DNA of 64,000 bases, from contig OX597820.1 of the NCBI GenBank assembly GCA_951406725.2, positions 59,396,001-59,460,000 on the forward strand, written 5' to 3'. Positions 1 through 10,334 of this stretch are shown one piece after another. The position numbers and the translations under genes are program-made. Below the pieces are notes generated by a model, which did no database searches, was not told the DNA's origin, and saw only the letters and a list, made by a program, of their open reading frames with translations. Positions within the stretch are counted from its first letter, which is position 1, and every line of letters starts with the position of its first letter. This stretch comes from Octopus vulgaris (Eukaryota).

Positions 1-447
1 AGTTTAGAGATCGTAAACATGAGTTCAAACACAACTGGATCCCTGGACACTAGCATATCTTTCTGTATGAAACATATAGTGATCTAACAAGGGCAGTTCT
101 CATACAGGCAGACCTACTAAAGAAGTATACACTCCTCACATACATGCTCATTTTGGAGTTGGTTATTCAGTCTGTTGCCAGTACTATTCATATATTTCAA
201 TAAAAATAGACTCTACATTTTTGAGTACTCTGAATCATTGATTGGTTGGTCTATTGGAAACTTGTAACCAATGATACTAAATATTATTACCGCAGGCCAG
301 ATTTCAGTCTAGTGGTCTTATGCTTGGCACAGTTGACATACGGTATGTATGAGAAGTGTCAATACCTTTTGTCAAGATACAAAGTGAAAGAGGAAGAGAG
401 AGAGAGAGAGAGAAGGGAGGAAAAGGAGAATAGAAATAGACACTTAC

Positions 448-550
448 TCGATCCATTACATCCAGTATGACATCCCTGTTATTGATATCTGATTTTTCAA
501 CCATTTCTCTTGGATTTAAGTTGGTCCATTTAACATTGTTGGAATATTTC
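448..550 (-). CDS. ptc: patched coding exon, 103 nt (start of human PTCH1 exon 6 equivalent): (M)KYSNNVKWTNLNPREMVEKSDINNRDVILDVMDR
   Basis: Acceptor ttgttttgattattccacag|G and donor CGA|gtaagt. The phase 2 start joins the previous exon (AT+G=Met). WTNLNP matches the Patched WTNFDP/WTTLNP motif. Confidence 0.93.
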
Positions 551-2243
551 CTGTGGAATAATCAAAACAACAGAAATGACAATACAGCAGAAGTAAACGG
601 CAAAACAAATACCTCACTTTGTGTGTGAGTGTGTGTGTGTGTTTGCATGAGACCAGACCTATACATGTTGTATTTTGGATGGGGATAGCATGAAGGCTGT
701 ATGAACTGATCAGACCTATGACTAAACATGTCTCATCCCTAGCCATATAAATTTTGTTTACAGTGTGCACCAAGCTATATTACTCAATAAAAAGAGTGTT
801 TTGAGATTTGGTTGTCGTTTCTAGCAAATCATATGACCACACTGAAGTTCATTCATGCCTATAGTTTAATATAAACAAATGAAGTGAGGTTCCAGATACA
901 AGAGGCATGGACATGTCTTGGTAATTCAAAAACCATAAGACATTATTATGGACATAATGTAGGTGTCTGATAGAGAACCTATTGGTACTTCCTTTGTAAA
1001 CACTTTAAACATCCATGAGGTTAAAATGTATCTCTCTGTATGCAAAACATGTGTAAGTAGGTGAGTGTATATTAGTATGTGCGAGTGTAAGTGTTTGTAT
1101 GAGTGTTTTGAAGTGTTGTTATCTTGCGTTAAAATTCTATAGTGACTCATGCTTACTTCCCTTGGGCCAGCAACAGTAAACATGTGACCTATAAAAGACT
1201 TTGGACAGGGATAGATTCATTGGAGCCTTTGACTCCTGATGGAGTCATTAGGATGCCATCATGACATGCCTGAACATTGCCAATTTACTCACAGAGAGAG
1301 AGAAGGTGGGGGAATCAACTCTAGTACTGGACTGGTGCTACTTTATCAACTCCAAAAGATGGAAAGTAAAGTTGATGTCATAGGAATTTAAACTCAGGAG
1401 TTTAGAAAGCCACAATAAATACTACAAAACATTTTATCTGCCAACTTAATGTTTAGACACAAGATGGCTATTAGAGACACATAGGTAGGACATACAGAGA
1501 TATACACATGCTAACATGCACATAGATGTCTGTCTGTCTATCTCAGTGACACTCATATACAGCTATCACAAGATGTTAAGACAAGGAGATACAAACATAC
1601 AAGCTCTCTCTCACATACACATAACCGTTTCAGTTACAAATTCACCAAATCCACTTACAAAGCTTTGGTTTGCCAAGGGCTATATTAGAAGACACTCATC
1701 CAAGGTGCCTCACAGTGGAATTGAACCTGAAACCATGAGGTAAGGAAGCAAACTACTCAACCACTCAGTCATATCTACACTTAAATCGAATGTCCTTTTC
1801 TTTTAAGATGTGTATTTTGAAGGAATTCTGACTGCTATTTCTAGCAAGCTGAACATCCACTACTGGTTTTGTCATTGATTCCTGGCTGCCTTGCCTCTGG
1901 AAAAATACCTATGAATGTCTGCTGAATAAAAACATGATACTCAAGTGGCAGAATGGTTAGAGCACCGAACAAAATGTGGTATTTGTTCTAGGTCTTTAGA
2001 TTCAGAGTTCAATTCTTGCCAAGATCAACTTCACCTTTCATCCTCCTAGAATCTTATAAACTAAGTACTTATCAAGTACTGAGGTTCATGGTTATCAATT
2101 AGCAGTCTTCCCTCAAAATTCCCATCCTGGTGCCTCAATCAGAAACCATTATGATTACTTAGTAGTAGTAGTAGTAGCAAGAGTAGTTTTAGTAGTAGTA
2201 GTAGTAGTAGTAGCAGCAGCAACAGTATTTTTTAATCTGGGTA

Positions 2244-2252
2244 GACCACCCA
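2244..2252 (+). promoter_or_regulatory. Perfect Gli/Ci consensus site GACCACCCA (ptc intron)
   Basis: Exact 9-mer in non-repeat sequence. ptc is a canonical direct Gli/Ci target. Function untested. Confidence 0.5.
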
Positions 2253-3956
2253 TGATGGTGAATAGTGGTGGCAGGCACCTAAGCTAAGCTGAGCTGTATA
2301 GGTAAGGAGGGAAGGGGCATTTCAGCAGGCATGAAGAGAAGGGAAGGAGAAAGAGTGAGAGAAAACCATAAAAGTATCAGGGTTAATCAGTCAGACCAAA
2401 CTGGTGGTACAAACAGCAGTAGAGGAAGTAGTAATAATAGTAGTAGTAGTAGGAGGAGGAGGAATATAGTGACAGCAGCATCGGTCTGCTTATGGCATTA
2501 TTTGTTACCTACATATCCTTGAAGTGGTAGTATGCTGTTGTTGTTTAGCCCCAGGTGAAAACTGATCCAGTAGACCTACTTGTGTGAGGAGTCATTCCAG
2601 TTGTACCTATCTAGATTCTGTATTTCAGTCACAACATTTTGCTGTGTCCTTTATTAATGTTGTGATTTGATGATGTTGCTACTATTTTCAAATAGATTGA
2701 TTTGCCACATACAAAACCTCACTGATAATGGTGGTGTTATTGTAACAAATCAATCCTGATAGAGAGGCACTATGACCAATAGAAATATTTTCCTTTTTTT
2801 TTTAAGACACAGGGCATAATTTGAGTGCGAATTAGTTATTATTGATGAAATACAGGTAGTTTTTTTCAGTAGCATCTTCACAAGAATTGAGGGTTAAGGC
2901 ATGTGAGATTTGACTTCGTTGGCTCATTGAATCTAGCTCCCATGCTAAGACTTGAACCTTGACTGCTTGGTTGAGAGCTAGAAATCCTAGTGATGGTAGT
3001 AGTGGCGATGTAGAAAAAATAATGGGTGGGGTACCATTCTTACTTGGTGGTCCAGATGGACTGGTGTAGAGGTGGGAGTTAGTGATGATGATGATGTGGT
3101 AATTTGAAAAGAGAATATACGATAAGGGAAAGGAGAATCAGCAAGGGCAAAGGGGTGGATGCAGTGCAAAAGGCTAAAAGAAAAAGTAAAGTACATAGGA
3201 AAAATATAGTGGGTGTGTTCTGGTGCTGGTTGAGAACCGATTGGGTTCACTGCTATACTCATGGTACATTCACAAAAAGAGCCTCTGTGTAGTTACTCAG
3301 CCAGCTAGAAATAGCAACCAAATCTTTTTTTAAATCACATCTCAATGTCTTAAAACAATATGGGATAGTCACAGTTAGAACATCATTTGCCTGTGATCAA
3401 TGAATAAAATGAAAACGACCTGTTGTCTTTAAAGTGTCCAAAATTTGATAATTGTCCACAGAAGGGATGTAAAGAATTTTTTTAAATAACTCTTTCTCTA
3501 TTGGTGTACTCAACATTGTGTACAAAAGGTATAAAAATTCAACATAACCCTATGCATGCCTCACCAAAATATTACCATGCCCCATGTTGGGAATCACAGA
3601 TCACAGGTCTGCTGGTTCAGGATTGTCATGGGATAAAACAACAGGTTATGGTGAGAATAATAGATTAAGCTACCACCCATGTTAATGTGATGAAATGACA
3701 GGGTATTGTAGACCTGCTGGGTGGTTAAGTTTGCTTTTCAACTACAAGGTTTTGGGTTCTGTCACACTGTATGGCACATTTGGAAAGTGTCTTCTATTTA
3801 TAGCCCTGGACCAACCCATCATCCTCAATCAGTAGTACTTTTATAGTATATAGGCCCCCAAAGTATGAAAAAGGAATTTGACATTTAAAGAATGTTTTTT
3901 TTTTTAATATAGGGCATGATATGAGAAAGATTTGGCATTTTTTCTAGCAGGTCAAA

Positions 3957-4173
3957 GGTGGTGAGCTGGCAGAATCGTTAACATACTGGGGAAAATGCTT
4001 ATCGGTATTTCCTCCATCTTGATATTCTGAGTTCAAATTCTGCTGAGGTCAACATTGCTTTTCATCCTTTCAGGGTCAATTAAGTAAGCACCAGTTTTGC
4101 ACTGGGGGTCAATGAAATCAACTTACCCCTCCCCCAAAATTTCAGGCCTCATGCCTTTAGTAGAAAGGATTAT
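3957..4173 (+). mobile_element. tRNA-derived SINE family 2 (Meta/MESC-like core), older copy
   Basis: ggtgagctggcagaatcgtta head, ttctgagttcaaattc B-box, gaggtcaac..ttttcatcctttcagggtcaat..aagcaccag core. Confidence 0.8.
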
Positions 4174-4549
4174 TTCTAGCAGGTCAAACCAATGTCAGGA
4201 ATAATGAATTGCTTTTTAATGCTTGTAATAATGATTATTATAACTATTTAGCCCCACTGTTAGTGAAAAAGTGGTGTGTGCCATCACTAGAGGAGGAGGG
4301 CATTTATTGATAGAGAAAGGTATGAAGACTGAAGAAGATGAGGGGTAGAAAAATTGTAGATGCTAGCCCTCACAATTGAGATGATACAGGACTGAAGCAA
4401 ATGGCCATATACTAAAATGGTTTCACATATGAAGTGGTGCAGCATAAAAACAAGAAAAGATAAAATCAAGATATGGCAGGCCCAACAACTTATACAAGCA
4501 AAGATGTTAAAATGATATTTAATTAAAAATTGAGAAGTCGTATACTTAC

Positions 4550-4647
4550 ATTATAGACATATGATTTTCAGGTCCAAAAAGCTTTGCTCCTTCCCAAAAG
4601 CAATCCAAAGGACTTATAATCATACATGGTAATAAGTCTGTTAGAAT
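4550..4647 (-). CDS. ptc: patched coding exon, 98 nt (PTCH1 exon 5 equivalent): ILTDLLPCMIISPLDCFWEGAKLFGPENHMSI
   Basis: Poly-T acceptor tttcttgatag| and donor AT|gtaagt. Carries the diagnostic Patched motif PCxIIxPLDCFWEGAKL. Phases 0/2. Confidence 0.97.
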
Positions 4648-5577
4648 CTATCAAGAAAAAAAAAAAAAAAAAAAATTAGTTGTTAAAATCCCAGTGAAAT
4701 AATTCCATGTGAACAGAATAAACAAGTATTTGAAGTTAGATTAGTAAAATATTCCAATTAGATTAATTGAAAACTTTTTTTTTTTTTTTGCTGGTTTCCG
4801 TCATTGCATTGTAGCCATGCTGGAGAACCACCTTTAAGAATTAAGTAGATCACATTGTCCCCTGTACTTAATAATCTCTATTTTTTTTTTAACTGCTAAG
4901 CTACAGAATATAAATATAAACAGTTTAAATACATGCAAACACATGACAAGCTTCTATAAGTTTCCATCAACCAAATTCCATGCATGAATTATTGATTGAC
5001 CTGAGACTACAAGCAGAAGACATTCCTCCAAAGTGCCAAAGTGGTGGGACTGAACCCAGTTTGTTCAACTAAACTCTTGAAAGTGATGTTCCAGCATGGA
5101 TGCCATCCAATGACCGAAACAAGTAAAAGATTAAAAAAAACTGGATCAGGTGGTCAGAGAATTGCAGTTCTTTCTTCCTGGCACTGATAACCACCAAATA
5201 AAATCTTTCTCCCACCGTCTTCCTGTCTGCTTTCAAGTCATGATTACAGTGTAGTGGAAATGATGGGAGATGAACTTAATATTATTTTTGCTACTCAACC
5301 AATATGACTGGTCATTTCTATAATGTAAGGTAGTGGATAGTTTCAAGGGGAATTACGATTGTTATCTCATGTTGCCACTGTAGTTCTAGAGAACTGCCAT
5401 GAAATATGAAAAGTATGTAGCTTTGGGTCAGTCTTGCTGCATACCACCTTATGCATGTGTCATCTACTACAGCCTCAGGCTGACCAATGCCTTGCAAGAG
5501 AAATTTAGTAGGTAGAAACTGTTCAGAACCCTATATGTATATATGTACATATATATATGTATATATATACATATAAA

Positions 5578-5894
5578 ATTGGCACTCTGTCGCTTACAAT
5601 GATGAGGGTTCTAGTTGATCCAACCAACAGAACAGCATGCTCCTGAAATTAACATGCAAGTAGCTGAGCAAACATGTGAACACTTAATGTATTTCTCAGG
5701 GAGATTCTGCATGACACAGAATGTGACATGGTTGGCCTTTTGAAATACAGAATACAGATACTACTCATTTTTACCATTTGAGTGGACTGGAGCAACGTGG
5801 AATAAAGTGTCTTGCTCAAGGATATAACAAGTCACCAGGATTTGAACTCACAACCTTATGATTGTAAGCCAAATACCCTAACCACTAAGCCATG
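5578..5894 (-). mobile_element. tRNA-derived SINE with a V-domain-like central region
   Basis: Minus strand reads tggcttagtggttaggg...gagttcaaatcc, then tccttgagcaagacactttattccacgttgctccagtccactca. A partial relative lies near 24060-24160. Confidence 0.7.
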
Positions 5895-5928
<34 letters not shown>

Positions 5929-6092
5929 TTTATTAGATTGATTTGCTGCAAAATTACTTGGACAATGAAGTAAAAAATAAAAATTGTGAGTAGAAGAATA
6001 TAAAAAGAATATATATGTCTTTTCATTAGTTACATCAATGTAGATATTGTCTGTGAAGTTGAGTTGTATGAAATATTCAGAGAGATACTTAC

Positions 6093-6162
6093 TTTCTCAA
6101 GATATGGCTGCACAAATATATCTGATGAAGGAGCATAACAAATATCATGCAAAGACCATGTT
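6093..6162 (-). CDS. ptc: patched coding exon, 70 nt (PTCH1 exon 4 equivalent): (I)TWSLHDICYAPSSDIFVQPYLEK
   Basis: Acceptor ttttttttacag| and donor AAA|gtaagt. WxLxDxCY motif. Phases 2/0 fit both neighbouring exons. Confidence 0.95.
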
Positions 6163-6634
6163 CTGTAAAAAAAAAGTTAAATAAATAAATAAATTGTTAG
6201 CATAAGCGTTATGAATCCCCTCCCCTCAAAAAAAAAAAGGAAAGAAAAAACACTTGTATTGTAGAAGAATCTTATTTACCAAGAAATAAGGGTACAAATG
6301 AACCAAGTGGCAGCTTCTAAGCAATGATTGGATCTACAAGAAATAGATATCTAGAGAGAAAAAAAGGGGGTCTGTGTGTGGTGGTGGTGGGGTACATAGA
6401 GAAAGAGAGTCAGTGATATGGATGTGATGCTTTTGATCAGGTCTACTCAACCAGAGCTAACTTAGGGTTAAACAATGATAAACAACCATGCACTGATTGT
6501 GATCATTAAATATATTTTTTATTTTTGTCTTTACTACTGTCTTACATCTATGTTTCAATGTTTGCTTGGGCCAAATGGCTTTTTCTGATGGGGAAGCTGG
6601 AAGCTCTTCCAACTATCTGTTCAACAATGAAATA

Positions 6635-6972
6635 TTTGTGCAGGGTACCTATGGAAGAGGTAGACCTAGGAAGACATGGGATGAAGTGGTGAAATATCAT
6701 CTTCAGATTTTGAGTTTTACGGAGGCAATGTCAGTGACCGAGACTGTGGGCAATTTGCTGTACTTGAGAAGATTAGTGAAATTGTAGTCATGGCCAGTGT
6801 TGGTGACACGTAAAAGGCACTTGTGCCATTTTATATGTTAAAGGCACCCAGTTCACTCAGTGGAGTGGTTAGCATTAAGAAGGGCATCCAGCTGTAGAAA
6901 CCAAACCAAAACAGACAGGAACCTGGTGCAGCACTCCGACTAGCATCGAAAATAGATGTTAAACAACGATGA
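6635..6972 (+). mobile_element. RTE-clade LINE 3' end (ORF C-terminus plus 3' UTR)
   Basis: GxxGRGRPRKTWDEVV motif followed by gtggttagcattaagaagggcatccagctgtagaaacc and a gat-type tail. The same 3' UTR recurs at 27665-27852, 44330-44520, 49845-49955 and 59850-60035. Confidence 0.8.
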
Positions 6973-7192
6973 GGTAGCCATTGAAAAAGTCAGGTTAATA
7001 GATATTGACATACAGACAGACAAAAAGAAATCCAATACATTCTCTTTGTTATATATTTCCGCAATGAAATACTGAGAAACATTGGTATAGATATGTAACA
7101 TGCATTTGGTGCAGGCATCATTGGTGAAAAGGATGTTGCTGTTGTAGTTGTTTAAGGGCCAGGTCAGATTCCATCAAGTCAGTCTGTGCATT

Positions 7193-7582
7193 CCTTTTAT
7201 TTGCTTCAGTTGTTTGACTGCGGCCATGCTGGAGCACTGCCTTGAAAGGTTTTAGTCGAACAAATCGACCTCAGGACTTATTTTTTAAGCCTAGTACTTA
7301 TTCTATCAGTCTCTTTTACTAATCCACTAAGTTACAGGGATGTCAACACACCAACACTGGTTATCAAGTGGTGATGGGGGGGATCATAAACAGACACAAA
7401 GACACATACACATATATAATATATATATATGACAGGCTTCTTTCAGTTTCCATCTACCAAATCCACTCACAAGGTCTTTTTGGGCCCAAGGCTATAGTAG
7501 AAGACACTTGCCCAAAGTGGGACTGAACCTAGAACCATGTGGTTGGGAAGTAAGCTTCTTACCACACAGCCACTGTTGCGCC
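7193..7582 (-). mobile_element. tRNA-derived SINE family 1, near full length
   Basis: Same structure as 8589-8984: head ggctgtgtggtaagaagc, tail ctccagcatggccgcagtc. Confidence 0.88.
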
Positions 7583-8588
7583 TATAGGCCCAAAAATGTT
7601 CCATCACATCACTTTTTCCCCAGACACAGTAAAGATGTTTAGCAGTGATCTGAAACAGACATGGTTAATATTTCTAGAAAACGGACCAACTGCATAGCAG
7701 CTCACTTTGTAAAAGAAGTGTTCTGGGTCAGAGCAGATGAGTGCTTGTAGAAGGATAGATATAGGTATCTCTCTATCCATATGTATCCACAAACACGTGC
7801 ACACACACACAAAGTAGAGAATGCACTTAGAAAAACTGGTAGAGTAGTGGTGAACATTGTAAAATGATGATGTATTGTATGCAGACTCATAACCCATTGG
7901 ATAGATTTCAAAGATACCCTGAACAGAAAAAAAACAAAACAAAACATATATATAAAAAAAAAAACAGATGTTAAAATCGTGATAATAACGATGATGATGA
8001 TAGAATTCCTCAAAAATAAAAATAAAATTGCAATTTGGCTTTAGAAGATGTAGTTTATTTTCTGTACTTTTTTTCTTTTCTTTTGCACTCAGTAACAAAC
8101 TGGTCAGATGTTCTCATCGCTAGGGAAATGTAAGTGGTGCTATTAGCAGACAATGTTTAACAGTATAGATAATAGACAGAGACAGGAGCCTGTTTCTAAT
8201 GAAATGCAGTTAAAGAGATAAACCATCTACACCACATGGCTACCATCTGGGAGTATTTATAACTTTATAAAATAGAGGTATAAAAGTTAGGTATGTCCAT
8301 AACCTTTGTAATGCAGCGTAAACAACTTATAAACTTTATTATACAGTATAATACAGAAGAGCAACTAAGCTTAGAATGATATGTTGTGAATTATAACATG
8401 TGTTGCGAATGTTGATATTGTTGTTGTTTGTTTTAATAAAGGGAATAATTAACCATTTTGTGAGTGACAGTTGTAGCTGATCTAACGTTCTATTCCAGAA
8501 ACCAATCTTCAAAGATTGTTTGGAATATTTATCTATTAAGGATACACACAGATCAAATAAAGAAATTTAAACATCAACTGCTTGATCT

Positions 8589-8984
8589 CTTTTACTCTTT
8601 TACTTATTTCAGTCATTTGACTGTGGCCATGCTGGAGCACCGCCTTTAGTCGAGCAAATCGGTCCCCAGAACTTATTCTTTGTAAGCCTAGTACTTATTC
8701 TATTGGTCTCTTTTGCTGAACCGCTAAATTACGGGGATCTAAACACACCAGCATCGGTTATCAAGCGATGTTGGGGGGACAAACACAGACACAAACACAC
8801 ACATATATATATACATATATACGACAGGCTTCTTTCAGTTTCTGTCTACCAAATTCACTCACAAGGCTTTGGTCGGCCCGAGGCTATAGTAGAAGACACT
8901 TGCCCAAGGTGCCACACAGTGGGACTGAACCCAGAACCATGTGGTTGGTAAGCAAGCTACTTACCACGCAGCCACTCCTGCGCC
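8589..8984 (-). mobile_element. tRNA-derived SINE family 1, full length
   Basis: ggcgcaggagtggctgcgtggtaag head with ggttcagtccc B-box, internal CA/TA tract, gtaaaaga tandem tail. More than 10 homologous copies in the window. Confidence 0.9.
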
Positions 8985-9961
8985 TCTATGTAACTAGTGA
9001 TAACTTGTATTTGAATGATTAGCTTTTAAGGATTTGAAGGTTGAAAAAAATGAGTGCATTTATGACTACACATTTCTAAATGTGTGGCCACAGCGTGGTT
9101 GAATGGTTAAGAAGTTCTCTTTGCAATATGAAGGCTGGAGTTCATTCCCACTGTGTGGTGTCCTGGGCAAGTGTCTTTTGGCCATTAGTTGATCCATATA
9201 ATATGAGTGAAATTAAGATAGACGGAAAACTGTGCAGAAGCTTATTATATGGATTGTATCTGTAATTCAAAAGATCCAACCATGTGACACACTAACAGTG
9301 ACTCTACCTGAGGGCTATAAAGGGACCAGTGTCTTTGGAATACTCAGCCACTTACACACAGACTGATTTGATGGAGCAACAATAACAAGGCTTAGAAAAT
9401 ACTAACGAATCTAATGAGGTACATTAATACAAATAAATTACAGTATCAATATCAACAATGCACTATCGATCAGATCACTAAGATGTTCTCTCAATGTTCT
9501 AGATTGAAGTATTTGTTCTAGCTCTTTACATTCTGAGTTCAAATCTTGCTATGGTCAATACTGACTTCCATCATTCTGGGAATCAATAAAACAACAGCAG
9601 TTGACATGGTCATGTCAATAAAATAGGTATCAGTTATACGCTCAAGTCGAATTCATTCAATCTAATTCTCAATTCCCAAAGTAAAATCAACGTAAACACA
9701 AAATTTGTATTTTGGTTCGTTGCATTCGTACTTAAATGCACTTCCTGCGCTTGATCTCATGTAAACCTAACCCTGCTTTTCCTATGGCTTCGTTACTCGG
9801 TGGTGGTGATAGAGTAGTACCGCTGAATTCTAAACGATTGGCGAATAGAGTTATCTCCCTTAAAGCTCGGCGAATATAGCGACACATCCCTGTACTCATT
9901 ACTCTCTCCCTCTCTCTCTCACACATACACACACAATGTCCTTAATCTTTTGTTCCACTCT

Positions 9962-10290
9962 ATAGTCGACGGCCATGCTTGGGCACCACAATGAAAAGTT
10001 TTAGTGGGACAAATCGATCCCAGTACTATTTTGAAGTCTGATACTTATTCTATCGATTTCTCTTTTGTCGAACTGCTAGTTTACGGGAACGCAAACAAAC
10101 CAATACTGGTTATCAAACGACGGACCATACACACACACACAACAGGCTTTCACACAGTTTCGTTTACCGAATTCATTCACAAGGCATTGGTCAACCAGGG
10201 GCTATTGTATAAGACGCTTGCTCAATGTGTCGCGAGTGAGCTGAACTCGAAACTACATGGTTGCGAAGTAAGCTTCTTAACCAATGCATG
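9962..10290 (-). mobile_element. SINE family 1, diverged
   Basis: Collinear with 8589-8984. Confidence 0.75.
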
Positions 10291-10300
10291 CATGTAAAAG

Positions 10301-10334
<34 letters not shown>

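Noticed and set aside
296-342. Plus-strand AG...GT exon-like segment
   Set aside because: No recognisable peptide, weak polypyrimidine tract, and antisense to the well-supported ptc exons.
304-447. Read-through of ORF 304..504, or a cryptic terminal exon after the 103-nt exon (truncated Ptc)
   Set aside because: The sequence past the gtaagt donor is CT-repeat-derived and lacks the expected PCLxP motif; the only nearby acceptor is a weak AAG.
8900-8984. tRNA-like A/B box sequences
   Set aside because: They are SINE heads continuing into SINE bodies; no complete cloverleaf is evident.
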